Origin: Polyangiales bacterium
Lineage (GTDB): Bacteria; Myxococcota_A; Polyangia; Polyangiales; JADJQN01
Assembly (NCBI GenBank): GCA_964202905.1
Contig: CAXNJO010000001.1
Location: 480,001 to 544,000 of the forward strand
Direction of reading: 5' to 3'
DNA: 64,000 nucleotides
Both the position numbers and the translations under genes were made by a program. The number at the start of each line of letters is the position of its first letter. The first letter of the stretch is position 1. Shown here one piece after another: positions 53,095 to 62,310 of the stretch. The notes under the pieces were generated by a model that was not told where the DNA came from, did not search any database, and saw nothing but the letters and a program-made list of their open reading frames with translations.

Positions 53095-53832
53095 TCAGAG
53101 CCGCACGCGCAACGCGAACGCGGGCGTGAGCGAGAGGCCGCGCACGCTCGCCCTCCGCCCGCCGATCTCGCCTGCGTAGTGCTCGTAGTCGGCCGCGAGC
53201 TCGAGCATCCCGGTGAGCGTCTTCAGGCCGAGCGAGAGGCCGACGACGGCCCCCGCGCGAACGCCGAGCGCGGACGCCTCGAGCGGCTCCGCGCCGGGCC
53301 GCGTGCCCCGTGCCGAGGCCGCGAGCAAACCCGCGTGGAGGCCTGCCCAGGCTTCGTAGATGCCGCTCACGCTGCGCGAGATCAGCGCGAACACGTCCGC
53401 GCCGAGCCCCACACCGTCGAGGCCCTCCGGCCCCGCCCAGCGCACGCCCGGCGCGACGCCGAACAGCAGCGCCCCCGCGGCGTTCGCGTCGAGCGGCACG
53501 GTGAGGCGCGTGGCGATGCTCGCGCCGGAGCCGGCCACCGTGAGGCCGATGTCGAGCGCGCGGCCGATCCCCACGCGCGCCACCGCCACGGGCACGACGC
53601 CCCCGCGCCCGGCGAGCGCGAGCAGCTCCGACTCCGCGGCGCCTGGTTGCTCCCCGCGCCGCAACGCGCCGACCGGCGCGCGCACCGCGCCGCCGACGAG
53701 CACGTCACCACGCCGCGCAGGCGTCGTGCGCGCCCCCGCGAGCAGTGGGGCTGCCGGTGCACAGGCGACGAGCGTGGCGGCGACGCCGATCGCCGCGAGG
53801 GCGCAGGACGCGCGGGCCCGGCGTGCCCTCAC
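53095..53832 (-). CDS. Hypothetical lipoprotein with beta-barrel-like domain
   Basis: Lipobox LVAC; amphipathic strands ending PAFALRVRL. Confidence 0.65.
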   Translation of the reverse strand: MRARRARASCALAAIGVAATLVACAPAAPLLAGARTTPARRGDVLVGGAVRAPVGALRRGEQPGAAESELLALAGRGGVVPVAVARVGIGRALDIGLTVAGSGASIATRLTVPLDANAAGALLFGVAPGVRWAGPEGLDGVGLGADVFALISRSVSGIYEAWAGLHAGLLAASARGTRPGAEPLEASALGVRAGAVVGLSLGLKTLTGMLELAADYEHYAGEIGGRRASVRGLSLTPAFALRVRL

Positions 53833-53841
53833 GCCGCGCGC

Positions 53842-54147
53842 CTACTTGCGGAAGCGCGACGGGAAGTCGTCGGAGGAGACGCGCTTCTTGAGCGCTTCGT
53901 CCTCGGGGTGCAGCCGCACGGCGCGCTCGACGAGCAAGGGCTCCTGCTCGGGGTGCTTCGGGTCGGGGAGACAGCACTCCACCGGGCAGACCGCCTGACA
54001 AGCCTCGTGGTCGTAGAAACCCACGCACTCGGTGCAGAGGTTCGGGTCGATCACGTAGATCTCGTCGCCCTCGCTGATGGCCTGGTTCGGGCACTCGGGC
54101 TCGCAGGCCCCGCAGTTGATGCAGTCGCTGGTGATATAGGTCGCCAT
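53842..54147 (-). CDS. YfhL-type 2[4Fe-4S] ferredoxin
   Basis: CINCGACEPECP and CTECVGFYDHEACQAVCP. Confidence 0.95.
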   Translation of the reverse strand: MATYITSDCINCGACEPECPNQAISEGDEIYVIDPNLCTECVGFYDHEACQAVCPVECCLPDPKHPEQEPLLVERAVRLHPEDEALKKRVSSDDFPSRFRK

Positions 54148-54239
54148 CGCACGTCGTCTCCGTCGTTGCGCCCGCGGCGCGTCGTGCTTCTAAAGCGCCG
54201 GCCCCGCGCGGTCAACCGCGGCGCGGCAGGGTGCGTGAG

Positions 54240-55700
54240 TCAGCCCACCATCGGCAGGCGCACGGGCGCGCGCCCACGGCCTCCGCGCGGCCTGGCGCCG
54301 GGCGGCGGCTCGGGCAGCGTTCCGTCCGCCTCGAAGAGGTCGGCGACGAGGTCGTAGTCGGCCGCGTGCGTGACGAGCGCCTTCGTGATCGTGCCGATGG
54401 GCGCGGTGCCGTTCGCGAGGTGCACCTTGCCGTCGATCTCGGGCGCCTGCCCGCGGTGCCGCCCCTCGAGGAGCAGATCGCTCTCGTCGCTCACGCCCTC
54501 GACGAGCACCTCGATCTCGCGGCCGATCATGGCCTTGAGCTTCTTCTTGCTGATGCCGCGCTGCAGCGTCATCAGCTTGCGGTGGCGCGCGGCGGCGACC
54601 TTCGCCGGGACGTCGTCGGCCATGTCCCCCGAGCGCGTGCCCTCCTCGTGCGAGTAGCGGAAGGCGACGACGCGATCGAGCTCGGCCCAGCGCACGAAGT
54701 CGCAGAGCTCGGCGAAGTCGGCGTCCGTCTCGCCAGGGTGCCCGACGATGAACGCCGAGCGGAAGGTGAGGTCCGGCACGCGCGCGCGCAGCGTCTCGAC
54801 GACCTCGCGCAGGCGCGGCGCGTAGTGCCCGCGCCGCATCCGCCGCAGCATCGCCGTGCTCGCGTGCTGGAGCGGCATGTCGACGTACGGCACGACGACC
54901 GGGTGGTGCGCGAGCAGCTCGATCAGGCCGTCCGAGAGGCGCTCCGGGTAGAGGTAGAAGAGCCGCAGCCAGCGCAGCCCCTTCACCTCGGCGACGCGCC
55001 GCACGAGCGTGGCGAGGTCGGTGCGCGCGTCGAGGTCACGACCGTAGGAGATGGTGTCCTGCGAGACGAGGTTCACCTCGACGGTGCCGAGCGCGACGAG
55101 GTGCTCGACCTCGCGCACGACGTCGTCGACGGGCCGCGAGCGCTGCTGGCCGCGGATCGCGGGGATCGCGCAGAAGCTGCACGTCCGGTTGCATCCCTCG
55201 GCGATCTTCACGTACGCGCTGTGGCGCGCGCCCGAGAGCGCGCGCGGATCCGTCGCGCGGTAGACGTAGTCGGCCGGGTTGCCCACCATCAGCCGGGCGA
55301 CGGGGTGCTCGAGCGAGGACGCGAGCACGTCCTTCAGCTTGAGCATGTCGCTCGAGCCGAGGAAGTGATCGACCTCGGGCATCTCTTCGGCGAGCTGCTC
55401 GGGGTAGCGCTGCGAGAGGCAGCCCGCGACGACGAGGCGCTCGCACGAGCCCGTCTCCTTGAAGCGGCCCATCTCGAGGATGGTGTCGACGCTCTCTTCC
55501 TTGGCCTCGCCGATGAAGCCGCAGGTGTTGACGACGATCACCGAGGCGTCGTCCGGCCGCTCGACGAGCGTGTAGCCCGAGAGCCCGGAGACGCCGAGCA
55601 TGACCTCGGTGTCCACGCGGTTCTTCGGGCAGCCGAGCGAGATGAAGTGGATGGTCTTCGGCGGCGCGGCGGATTCGGCGGAGGGCACGGCGGGCGGCAA
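54240..55700 (-). CDS. rimO: Ribosomal protein S12 methylthiotransferase
   Basis: SLGCPKNRVD, NTCGFI, IAEGCNRTCSFCAIP, QAPEIDG TRAM domain; start uncertain (55700 or 55688). Confidence 0.95.
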   Translation of the reverse strand: MPPAVPSAESAAPPKTIHFISLGCPKNRVDTEVMLGVSGLSGYTLVERPDDASVIVVNTCGFIGEAKEESVDTILEMGRFKETGSCERLVVAGCLSQRYPEQLAEEMPEVDHFLGSSDMLKLKDVLASSLEHPVARLMVGNPADYVYRATDPRALSGARHSAYVKIAEGCNRTCSFCAIPAIRGQQRSRPVDDVVREVEHLVALGTVEVNLVSQDTISYGRDLDARTDLATLVRRVAEVKGLRWLRLFYLYPERLSDGLIELLAHHPVVVPYVDMPLQHASTAMLRRMRRGHYAPRLREVVETLRARVPDLTFRSAFIVGHPGETDADFAELCDFVRWAELDRVVAFRYSHEEGTRSGDMADDVPAKVAAARHRKLMTLQRGISKKKLKAMIGREIEVLVEGVSDESDLLLEGRHRGQAPEIDGKVHLANGTAPIGTITKALVTHAADYDLVADLFEADGTLPEPPPGARPRGGRGRAPVRLPMVG

Positions 55701-55782
55701 GGCTGCGGTCCGCCCCCGCGGGCGTCAAGCGCGCGCCCTGCCTTGCCGACGCGCCGCGACGGCCGCACCGTCCGCCGCGCCC

Positions 55783-56517
55783 ATGCCGCCGCGCGCACTC
55801 GTCGTCGACGTCGTCATCCCCGCGCTCGACGAGGAGCGCGCCCTGCCGAGCGTGCTCGCCGAGCTGCCGCGCGGCCGGGTCGCGCTCGGCGCCGGGGGCG
55901 AGGCCCGCGTGCGGCGCGTCGTCGTCGCCGACAACGGCTCGCGCGACCGCACCGCCGAGGTCGCGCGTGCGGGCGGCGCCGAGGTCGTCTCCGAGCCGCG
56001 CCGCGGCTACGGCGCCGCGTGCCTGCGGGCGCTCGCCGCGCTCGCGGACGACCCGCCCGACGTCGTCGTCTTCCTCGACGGGGACCACAGCGACCACCCG
56101 GCCGAGCTGCCCGCGCTGCTCGCGCCGCTCGCCGACGAGGCCGTGCAGCTCGTGATCGGCTCGCGCACGCTCGGCCGCCGCGAGCGCGGCGCGCTCACCC
56201 CGCAGCAGCGCGTCGGCAACGCGATCGCCTGCGTGGCGCTGCGTGCTCTGTATCGTGTGAGATACAGCGATCTGGGGCCGTTCCGCGCGATCCGCTGGGG
56301 CGCGCTCGGCACGTTGCGGATGCGCGACCCCGACTACGGCTGGACGGTCGAGATGCAGATCAAGGCCGCGCGGCGCGGGATGCGGCACGCCGAGGTGCCC
56401 GTCTCGTACCGTCGGCGCATCGGCGTCTCGAAAGTATCCGGAACGATACGAGGCACGCTCGGCGCATCACGGAAGATACTCTGGCTGCTCGCACGGCACG
56501 CCGTGGAGCCGGCGTGA
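55783..56517 (+). CDS. GT2 glycosyltransferase (DPM-synthase-like)
   Basis: IPALDEE, DNGSRD, RGYGAAC, FLDGDHSD, DLGPFRAI, YGWTVEMQ. Confidence 0.92.
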   Translation: MPPRALVVDVVIPALDEERALPSVLAELPRGRVALGAGGEARVRRVVVADNGSRDRTAEVARAGGAEVVSEPRRGYGAACLRALAALADDPPDVVVFLDGDHSDHPAELPALLAPLADEAVQLVIGSRTLGRRERGALTPQQRVGNAIACVALRALYRVRYSDLGPFRAIRWGALGTLRMRDPDYGWTVEMQIKAARRGMRHAEVPVSYRRRIGVSKVSGTIRGTLGASRKILWLLARHAVEPA

Positions 56518-57197
56518 GCGACGCGCGGCGGGCGGGCTGCGCGCTCGCGGTGTTCGCGCGGGCGCCGGTGGCGGGGCAGGCGAAGACGCGGCTGATCCCG
56601 GCGCTCGGCGCGGCGGGCGCGGCGCGGCTCTACGCGGCGTTCCTCGCGGACACGCTCGAGACGGCCGCGCGCGTCGCGGCGGACGGGCGCGTGGCGGTCG
56701 CGCTCTGGGTCGCGGGCGCGGTGGACGACGCGGCGCTCCGCGCGGTCCCGGGGACGGACGGGCTCCCGCGGCGCGCGCAGCCCGGGGTCTCGCTCGGCGC
56801 GCGGATGCGGGCCGCCCTCGACGCGGGCGTCGCGGCGCACGGGCGCGCGCTGGTCGTCGGCGGCGACGCGTCGCTGCTGCCCGCGGCGACGCTGCACGCC
56901 GCGGCCGCCGCGCTCGACGAGGCCGACCTCGTGCTGGTGCCCGCGTCGGACGGTGGCTACGTGCTCGTCGGCGCCCGCGCGCCGCTGCCGCCCGCGGTGT
57001 TCGCGGAGGCGCGCTTCTCGACGCGCCACGCGCTCGCCGACACGCTCGCCGGGGCCGCGCGCGCGGGCCTGCGCGCCGCGTGCGTCGCGCCCTGGTACGA
57101 CGTCGACACGCCCGACGATCTGCGCCTGCTGCGGCTGCACCTCGCGCTCGCGCCCGGGGCCGCGCCGCACACCGCGCGGGCCCTCGCGGCGTTTTGA
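56514..57197 (+). CDS. DUF2064/TIGR04282-type CofC-like transferase
   Basis: FARAPVAGQAKTRL, LGARM, DGGYVLVG, WYDVDTPDDL; GTGA overlap with GT2. Confidence 0.85.
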   Translation: MSDARRAGCALAVFARAPVAGQAKTRLIPALGAAGAARLYAAFLADTLETAARVAADGRVAVALWVAGAVDDAALRAVPGTDGLPRRAQPGVSLGARMRAALDAGVAAHGRALVVGGDASLLPAATLHAAAAALDEADLVLVPASDGGYVLVGARAPLPPAVFAEARFSTRHALADTLAGAARAGLRAACVAPWYDVDTPDDLRLLRLHLALAPGAAPHTARALAAF

Positions 57198-57233
57198 CGC
57201 TGCCGGCGCCAGCCGCTAGACTCGCCGCCACCC

Positions 57234-57887
57234 ATGGCCGAAAACGACCAGCTTTTCGCACGCTTCGGCAGGTCCTGCGCGCCCGGAACGCTGCTCTTCC
57301 GCGAGGGCGACGAGGGCACGACGATGTTCGTGCTGCAGTCGGGCCGCGTGCGCATCAGCAAGGAGTCCGAGGACGGCGCGCGCACCCTCGCGCTGCTCGG
57401 GCCCGGCGACTTCTTCGGCGAGATGGCCATCCTCAACCGCAAGCCGCGCACCGCGAGCGCGGAGGTCGTCGAGCACGCGCAGCTCCTCGTGCTCGACGCG
57501 AAGACCTTCGAGGCGATGGTGCTCAGCAACGCGGAGATCGCGGTGCGCCTCATCCAGAAGCTCGCGCGGCGCCTCGACAACGCGGACGCGCTCATCGAGA
57601 TCCTCCTGCACCGCGACCCCAAGGCGCGCGTCATCCTCGGCCTGTCGCGCGAGGCCGAGCACGCGGGCGTCGACCGCGGCGACGGCTCGGTGCTCGTGCC
57701 GCTCACGCGCGAGGGGCTCGCGACGCAGGTCGGGCTCGGCACCGACGCGGTGGCCGAGGTGCTCGCGCGCCTCACGCGGCTGCGGATCGTGCGCGAGACG
57801 CCCGAGGGCTTCGTGATCGAGGACGTGCTGCGACTCAGCGAGTTCCTCGAGTTCCTGCAGATGCGCGAGAAGTTCGCCGAGGTCTGA
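57234..57887 (+). CDS. Crp/Fnr-family transcriptional regulator
   Basis: LFREGDEG, FFGEMAILNRKPRTASA, C-terminal HTH LTREGLATQVG. Confidence 0.9.
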   Translation: MAENDQLFARFGRSCAPGTLLFREGDEGTTMFVLQSGRVRISKESEDGARTLALLGPGDFFGEMAILNRKPRTASAEVVEHAQLLVLDAKTFEAMVLSNAEIAVRLIQKLARRLDNADALIEILLHRDPKARVILGLSREAEHAGVDRGDGSVLVPLTREGLATQVGLGTDAVAEVLARLTRLRIVRETPEGFVIEDVLRLSEFLEFLQMREKFAEV

Positions 57888-57954
57888 GCGCCGCCGGAGC
57901 ACAGCGCCGCCGGAGCACAGCGCCGCCGGAGCACAGCGCCGCCGGAGCACAGCG
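57887..57954. repeat. Perfect 16-bp tandem repeat x4
   Basis: AGCGCCGCCGGAGCAC at 57887, 57903, 57919 and 57935; fills the gap between convergent stops. Confidence 0.95.
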
Positions 57955-57962
57955 GCGCGGGA

Positions 57963-59333
57963 TCAGGGCAGCAGCTCGGCGATGCGACCGCCGGGCAGCG
58001 TGGGTGAGCCGAAGTCCTCGACGGGCCCGCCGCTGCCGTCGGTGCAGCCGACGGCGCTGAGGATCGTGTTGAGGATGCGCTCGTAGGTGACGTCGCCCCC
58101 GAGGTCGAGGAACTGGCCCATGCGCAGGTTGCCGCCCGCGCCGCCCGCGAGGATCCAGGGCACGTTGCGGCCGCCGTGCGAGAGGCCGGCGGAGAGGTCG
58201 TTCATCCACACGGCCGCGCAGTCGTCGAGGAGGCGCCCGCCGTACGGCGACTCGTAGGCGTCGAGCTCTTCGAGGAGGTAGCGGTAGAAGCCGAGCTGGA
58301 TCTTGTCGACCTCGTGGTGCAGCTCGACCGCGTTGGGGATCGGCTCGCCCTCGGAGCCGTCGCCCTGGATGCGGTGCGAGATCCAGTGGAAGCGCGGGAG
58401 CTTGCTGCCGCCGACGACGTACTGCGTCTGGTCGTTGCCCTCGCCGATCTGGAGCGTCGCGGCGCGGACCTGCCCGCAGCTGAAGGCGAAGGCGATGAGC
58501 CGCATGTGCAGGCGCACGACGTCGGGGCGCACGTCGTTGCCGGCCGGCGCGGTGATCGCCGCCGCGTCGGTGCCGAGGCGCGGATCGAGGGGCAGGCACA
58601 TCCCGCCCGTCTCGAAGTCGCGGATCGCCTGGAAATGCTGGTCGAGACGCCGTCGGTCGCGCGCGCTGAGCTGCGGGCTCGCCATGAGCGTGGTCAGCTC
58701 CTCGCGCACGTAGTCGTTGATGCTGTTCTTCCGCGCATACACGCGCGCCTGCAGCTCGGTGGGCAGCTCGGGGAGCCCCATGAGGCGCGTGAACGCGTTG
58801 GCCGGTGAGTTCTCGGCCGGCGCGCGGTCGCTCGGCCCGCGCCACGAGAGGCCCGGCCCGATGTACGCCGCCGTGGGCCCCGCGACGAGCGTGAGCGGCG
58901 ACTCGCCCGGCGAGAGCTGCGACGCGATGCGCCAGTCCGCGCTCTGGCCGAGGGCGAGCGGGTCGTTCGAGGTGCCGCCCGTCGTCTCCGCGGCGGTGAG
59001 GCACTGCGGGAGGGACTCCGCGTGCCCGCACGCCGGCGTGCCGAAGGGGCGGCGCAGGCCCTTCACGATCGCGACGCGATCCGCGAACGGCGCGAGCACG
59101 CCCGTTGCGCGGTCGGCGAGGCTCGCCGCCGTGAGCGCCCCGGTGGCCGTCGGCCAGAAGCGCTCGGGCTCGCTGCCCTCGGCCTGCTGGACGCCGTTGC
59201 CCGACCGCACGAACACGGCAAAGCGGCGCCGCTCGCCGCCCGCGGACGCGCGCGAGCGCAGCGACTCGAGCAGCGGCAGGGTGACCATCGCGCCACCGAG
59301 ACCGACCAGAAAACCGCGGCGGGAGAGCGTCAC
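57963..59333 (-). CDS. DUF1552 protein with Tat signal
   Basis: SRRGFL..G....LPLLES, NGV, RLDQHFQAIR, HWISH, H..RNVPWILAG. Confidence 0.88.
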   Translation of the reverse strand: MTLSRRGFLVGLGGAMVTLPLLESLRSRASAGGERRRFAVFVRSGNGVQQAEGSEPERFWPTATGALTAASLADRATGVLAPFADRVAIVKGLRRPFGTPACGHAESLPQCLTAAETTGGTSNDPLALGQSADWRIASQLSPGESPLTLVAGPTAAYIGPGLSWRGPSDRAPAENSPANAFTRLMGLPELPTELQARVYARKNSINDYVREELTTLMASPQLSARDRRRLDQHFQAIRDFETGGMCLPLDPRLGTDAAAITAPAGNDVRPDVVRLHMRLIAFAFSCGQVRAATLQIGEGNDQTQYVVGGSKLPRFHWISHRIQGDGSEGEPIPNAVELHHEVDKIQLGFYRYLLEELDAYESPYGGRLLDDCAAVWMNDLSAGLSHGGRNVPWILAGGAGGNLRMGQFLDLGGDVTYERILNTILSAVGCTDGSGGPVEDFGSPTLPGGRIAELLP

Positions 59334-61009
59334 GGGGCCACCTCCATCGTCGTCTCGTCGGGCAGCTCGGCGGCCGAGCGCGTGCGGAAGGCGGGGCTCG
59401 TCACGAGCGCGAGGATGACGTCCCGCACCGACGCGCGTCCCTCGAGGGACGCGTCCGCGACGCGCCGCACGAGGACGTCGTCGACGCGCGAGCGCCGCCG
59501 GCCGTAGAGGTACTCGAGCCAGTAGCCGGTGTAGCAGCGGTGCGTGGCCTGCTCGCCGGCCATCACGTCCGCGAGCTCGACGGCGTCACGGAAGCTGCGC
59601 AGCCCGCTCTCGAATGCGTAGCGCGACCCGGCATCGACGGGCAGCCCCTGATCGGTCTCGCGCCAGCGCCCGAGCGCGTCGTAGTGCTCGAAGGCGAAGC
59701 CGATGGGGTTGATCATCGTGCCGTGGCAGCGCGCGCCGCAGGTGCCTTCGCCCGTGTGCGCATCGATGCGCTCGCGCAGCGTCTGCGGGCGCCCGGGATC
59801 GGCCGGCGGCAGGCCCGGCGCCATCATCGGCGGTGCGGGGAGCTCCGCGCAGAGCACGCGGCGGTTCACGTGGACGCCGCGGTGGATCGGGTCGCTCGAG
59901 GTCGAGGTCGCCTGCGCCGCGAGGAAGCCGATCTGCGTGAAGAGCCCCGCGCGCCGCTCGCCGAGCGCGATGCGCTGCCAGCCCTCCGGCTCCGGCACGC
60001 CGTACACGCGCGCGAGATGCGCGTCCGCGACGGTGAAGCGCGCGGTGAGCAGGTCACCGAGGCCGCCGTCGTCCTCGAACACGACGGCGTCGACGAAGCG
60101 CACCGCCTCCTGGGCCATCGACTCCGGCAGCGCGGGGTCGAACTCGGGGAAGAGCGTCGTCGAGCGGTCGACGTCCGCGTAGCGGCCCGCATCGAGCCAC
60201 TGGAAGTGAAAGTCGCCGACCATGTCGTGGGCGCGCGGATCCTCGAGCATGCGCGCGGCTTCGGCGCGGACGCCCTCCGTCGTCGCGAGCCCGCCGCGCG
60301 CCGCGGACGCGAGGAGCGCGTCGTCGGGGATGCTGTTCCACAGCGCGAACGAGAGGCGCGAGGCGAGCTCGTACGGCCCGAGCGCGAGGGCCTCACCCGC
60401 CCCCGTCGCGAGCTCGGGGCGGTAGAGGAAATGCGGCGATTGCAGGGTCGCCTCGATCACGAGCCGCGCGCCGCCGACGAACGGATCGAGCGTCGGATGC
60501 AGCTCGGCACCGCGCGCCGCGAGGGCCGCGAGGCGGGTCGTCTCCGGTGTCGTGAGCGGGCGGCGGTAGGCGCGCTGGCCGAAGTCGCGGACGAAGGCCG
60601 CGAGGCGCTCGGTGGGCGTGCCCGTCGCGGGCGCGAGCCGCGCGAGGGCGGCCGGGTCCGCCGCGATCTCCTCGGCGATCGCCTCCGCCGCGCGCTGGTA
60701 GTCGCTCCACAGGGTCTGATCGACCGAGAGCGCCGCGCCGTCGTTGTCGAACGCGCCCGAGAGCGCGTCGGGGATGAAACGCGCCGCGCGCCCCGTGCGC
60801 GCGTCGAGCCGCAGCAGGTCGCGCGTCGCGTTCTCCCACTGAACGTGGCTCAGCCGCGGCACGCGCGAGCTCGACGCGGGGAGCTCTTCGCAGCCATCGA
60901 GGCAGCCATCGCGGCCGCGCGGACCGGCGGGACCGGGGTCGAGCTGGCCCGTGCAGCCACCCGCGAGGGCGAGCACGCAGCCGATCACGCGGAGCAGCTT
61001 CGCGGTCAT
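59330..61009 (-). CDS. DUF1592/1588/1595/1587/1585 lipoprotein
   Basis: Lipobox AGGC; RLSHVQWEN, AYRRPL, SPHFLYR, ELASRLSFALWNSIPD, PIHRG, CGARCH, PIGFAFEHYDALGRWR. Confidence 0.92.
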   Translation of the reverse strand: MTAKLLRVIGCVLALAGGCTGQLDPGPAGPRGRDGCLDGCEELPASSSRVPRLSHVQWENATRDLLRLDARTGRAARFIPDALSGAFDNDGAALSVDQTLWSDYQRAAEAIAEEIAADPAALARLAPATGTPTERLAAFVRDFGQRAYRRPLTTPETTRLAALAARGAELHPTLDPFVGGARLVIEATLQSPHFLYRPELATGAGEALALGPYELASRLSFALWNSIPDDALLASAARGGLATTEGVRAEAARMLEDPRAHDMVGDFHFQWLDAGRYADVDRSTTLFPEFDPALPESMAQEAVRFVDAVVFEDDGGLGDLLTARFTVADAHLARVYGVPEPEGWQRIALGERRAGLFTQIGFLAAQATSTSSDPIHRGVHVNRRVLCAELPAPPMMAPGLPPADPGRPQTLRERIDAHTGEGTCGARCHGTMINPIGFAFEHYDALGRWRETDQGLPVDAGSRYAFESGLRSFRDAVELADVMAGEQATHRCYTGYWLEYLYGRRRSRVDDVLVRRVADASLEGRASVRDVILALVTSPAFRTRSAAELPDETTMEVAP

Positions 61010-61159
61010 GCGCCCTCCATGCAGCCACGGTCCGCGCGGGCCGACAAGCCCCCCGCGCTGAATCGCCGTTCATCGTCGCGCGCACCCGATCGGATCCTCG
61101 CCATGCGTCCTCCCCTCGCGGGCGCGGAGGCAGACCACGCCCCGGCGCGCCGTCGGTCG

Positions 61160-62182
61160 TCAGTCATTCGCGGCGCCAGCCTCGATCCACGCGCGGATCG
61201 GCGCGATCACGGCCTCCGGCAGGAAGGGACCGCCCTGTGGCATGCGGTCCCCGCAGCTCACGTCGTCGCCGAGCTTCATGAGCAGCGAGGAGGCGTCGGG
61301 ATCGCCCGGCACGACGTGCGTGAGCCCGCGTCCCATGCAGAACGCGCCCGTCGAGGCGACGCCGACGAGCTGCGCCCAGGCGACGTCGGGGTCGCGGAGA
61401 TCGAGCTGGCTCTCCGTGCGGTAGTCCGTCGCGCCCGGGCCGTGGCAGCTCACGCAGAGCGGCGCGATCACGCGCGCGTGGATGGAGCCCCAGCGCGGCT
61501 CGGGTGGCGAGACGTTGCGGGGCGCCCCGTAGAGGCAGTCCCCCACCGTGCCGTCGCCGCAGTAGTCGCCGGCCGCGCGCGGCGGCGCGAGGTCCTCGGC
61601 GCGCTCGATCACGGGCGTGCGGCACGCGATCCAGTTGCGCAGAATCTCGCGGCCTTCGGCGGTGTCGAGCTCGGGCAGCGCGGTGCCGTCGGCGCGCAGG
61701 AAGCGCGGTGCCTGGCGGCGCACCTCGGCGCCGATCGCGCCGGGCGGCATCGCGCCGTCGCGCACGGCGTCGAGGATCTCGGTGCGGAACGCCCACGCGT
61801 TGTTGCGAGCCGTTTGCAGTCGCAATCGCTCTGCAGGACCGCAGGCGGCCGCGGGTGCGCGGGCGTCGCACGCGAGGCCGACGTCGAGGTCGAAGCCGCT
61901 CGGGACTCCGTGCCGCAGCCCGCCCGTGGCCCGCGCCGCGTGGCAGTAGACGCCGTTCCCGCAGCTCGCCGCGAGCAGCGCCTGGCCCTCGAAGAGCGGC
62001 TGCCCGCCGAGGCCGGTCACGTCGTTCTCCATGGGGGCGACGAAGACCGGGCTGCGCGCGCGCTCCGGGTCGCAGGCGCCGAGGTCCGCGGGGGCGCAGG
62101 CAGACACCGCCGCGGCGAGGCCGAGCGGGAGGAGCAGCGCGCGCGCGAGGCCGGGCCGGACCACACGGGGAGAGATGCGCAC
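61160..62182 (-). CDS. Putative c-type cytochrome lipoprotein
   Basis: Lipobox VSAC; CGNGVYCH...MPP and CVSCH...VVPGDPDASSLL...RMP...WIEAGA (planctomycete-cytochrome-like). Confidence 0.78.
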   Translation of the reverse strand: MRISPRVVRPGLARALLLPLGLAAAVSACAPADLGACDPERARSPVFVAPMENDVTGLGGQPLFEGQALLAASCGNGVYCHAARATGGLRHGVPSGFDLDVGLACDARAPAAACGPAERLRLQTARNNAWAFRTEILDAVRDGAMPPGAIGAEVRRQAPRFLRADGTALPELDTAEGREILRNWIACRTPVIERAEDLAPPRAAGDYCGDGTVGDCLYGAPRNVSPPEPRWGSIHARVIAPLCVSCHGPGATDYRTESQLDLRDPDVAWAQLVGVASTGAFCMGRGLTHVVPGDPDASSLLMKLGDDVSCGDRMPQGGPFLPEAVIAPIRAWIEAGAAND

Positions 62183-62310
62183 GGCGCGAGCCTACGCGAA
62201 GGGCCGCATCGCCCGCCATCGGCGGCACGACGCCGCGGAGCGTCCGCGGGTCGCGTGAGGTCGTCGCCATGCATCGACGCGTGGCGCCCGTGCGCGGCGG
62301 GAGGTCCTCG

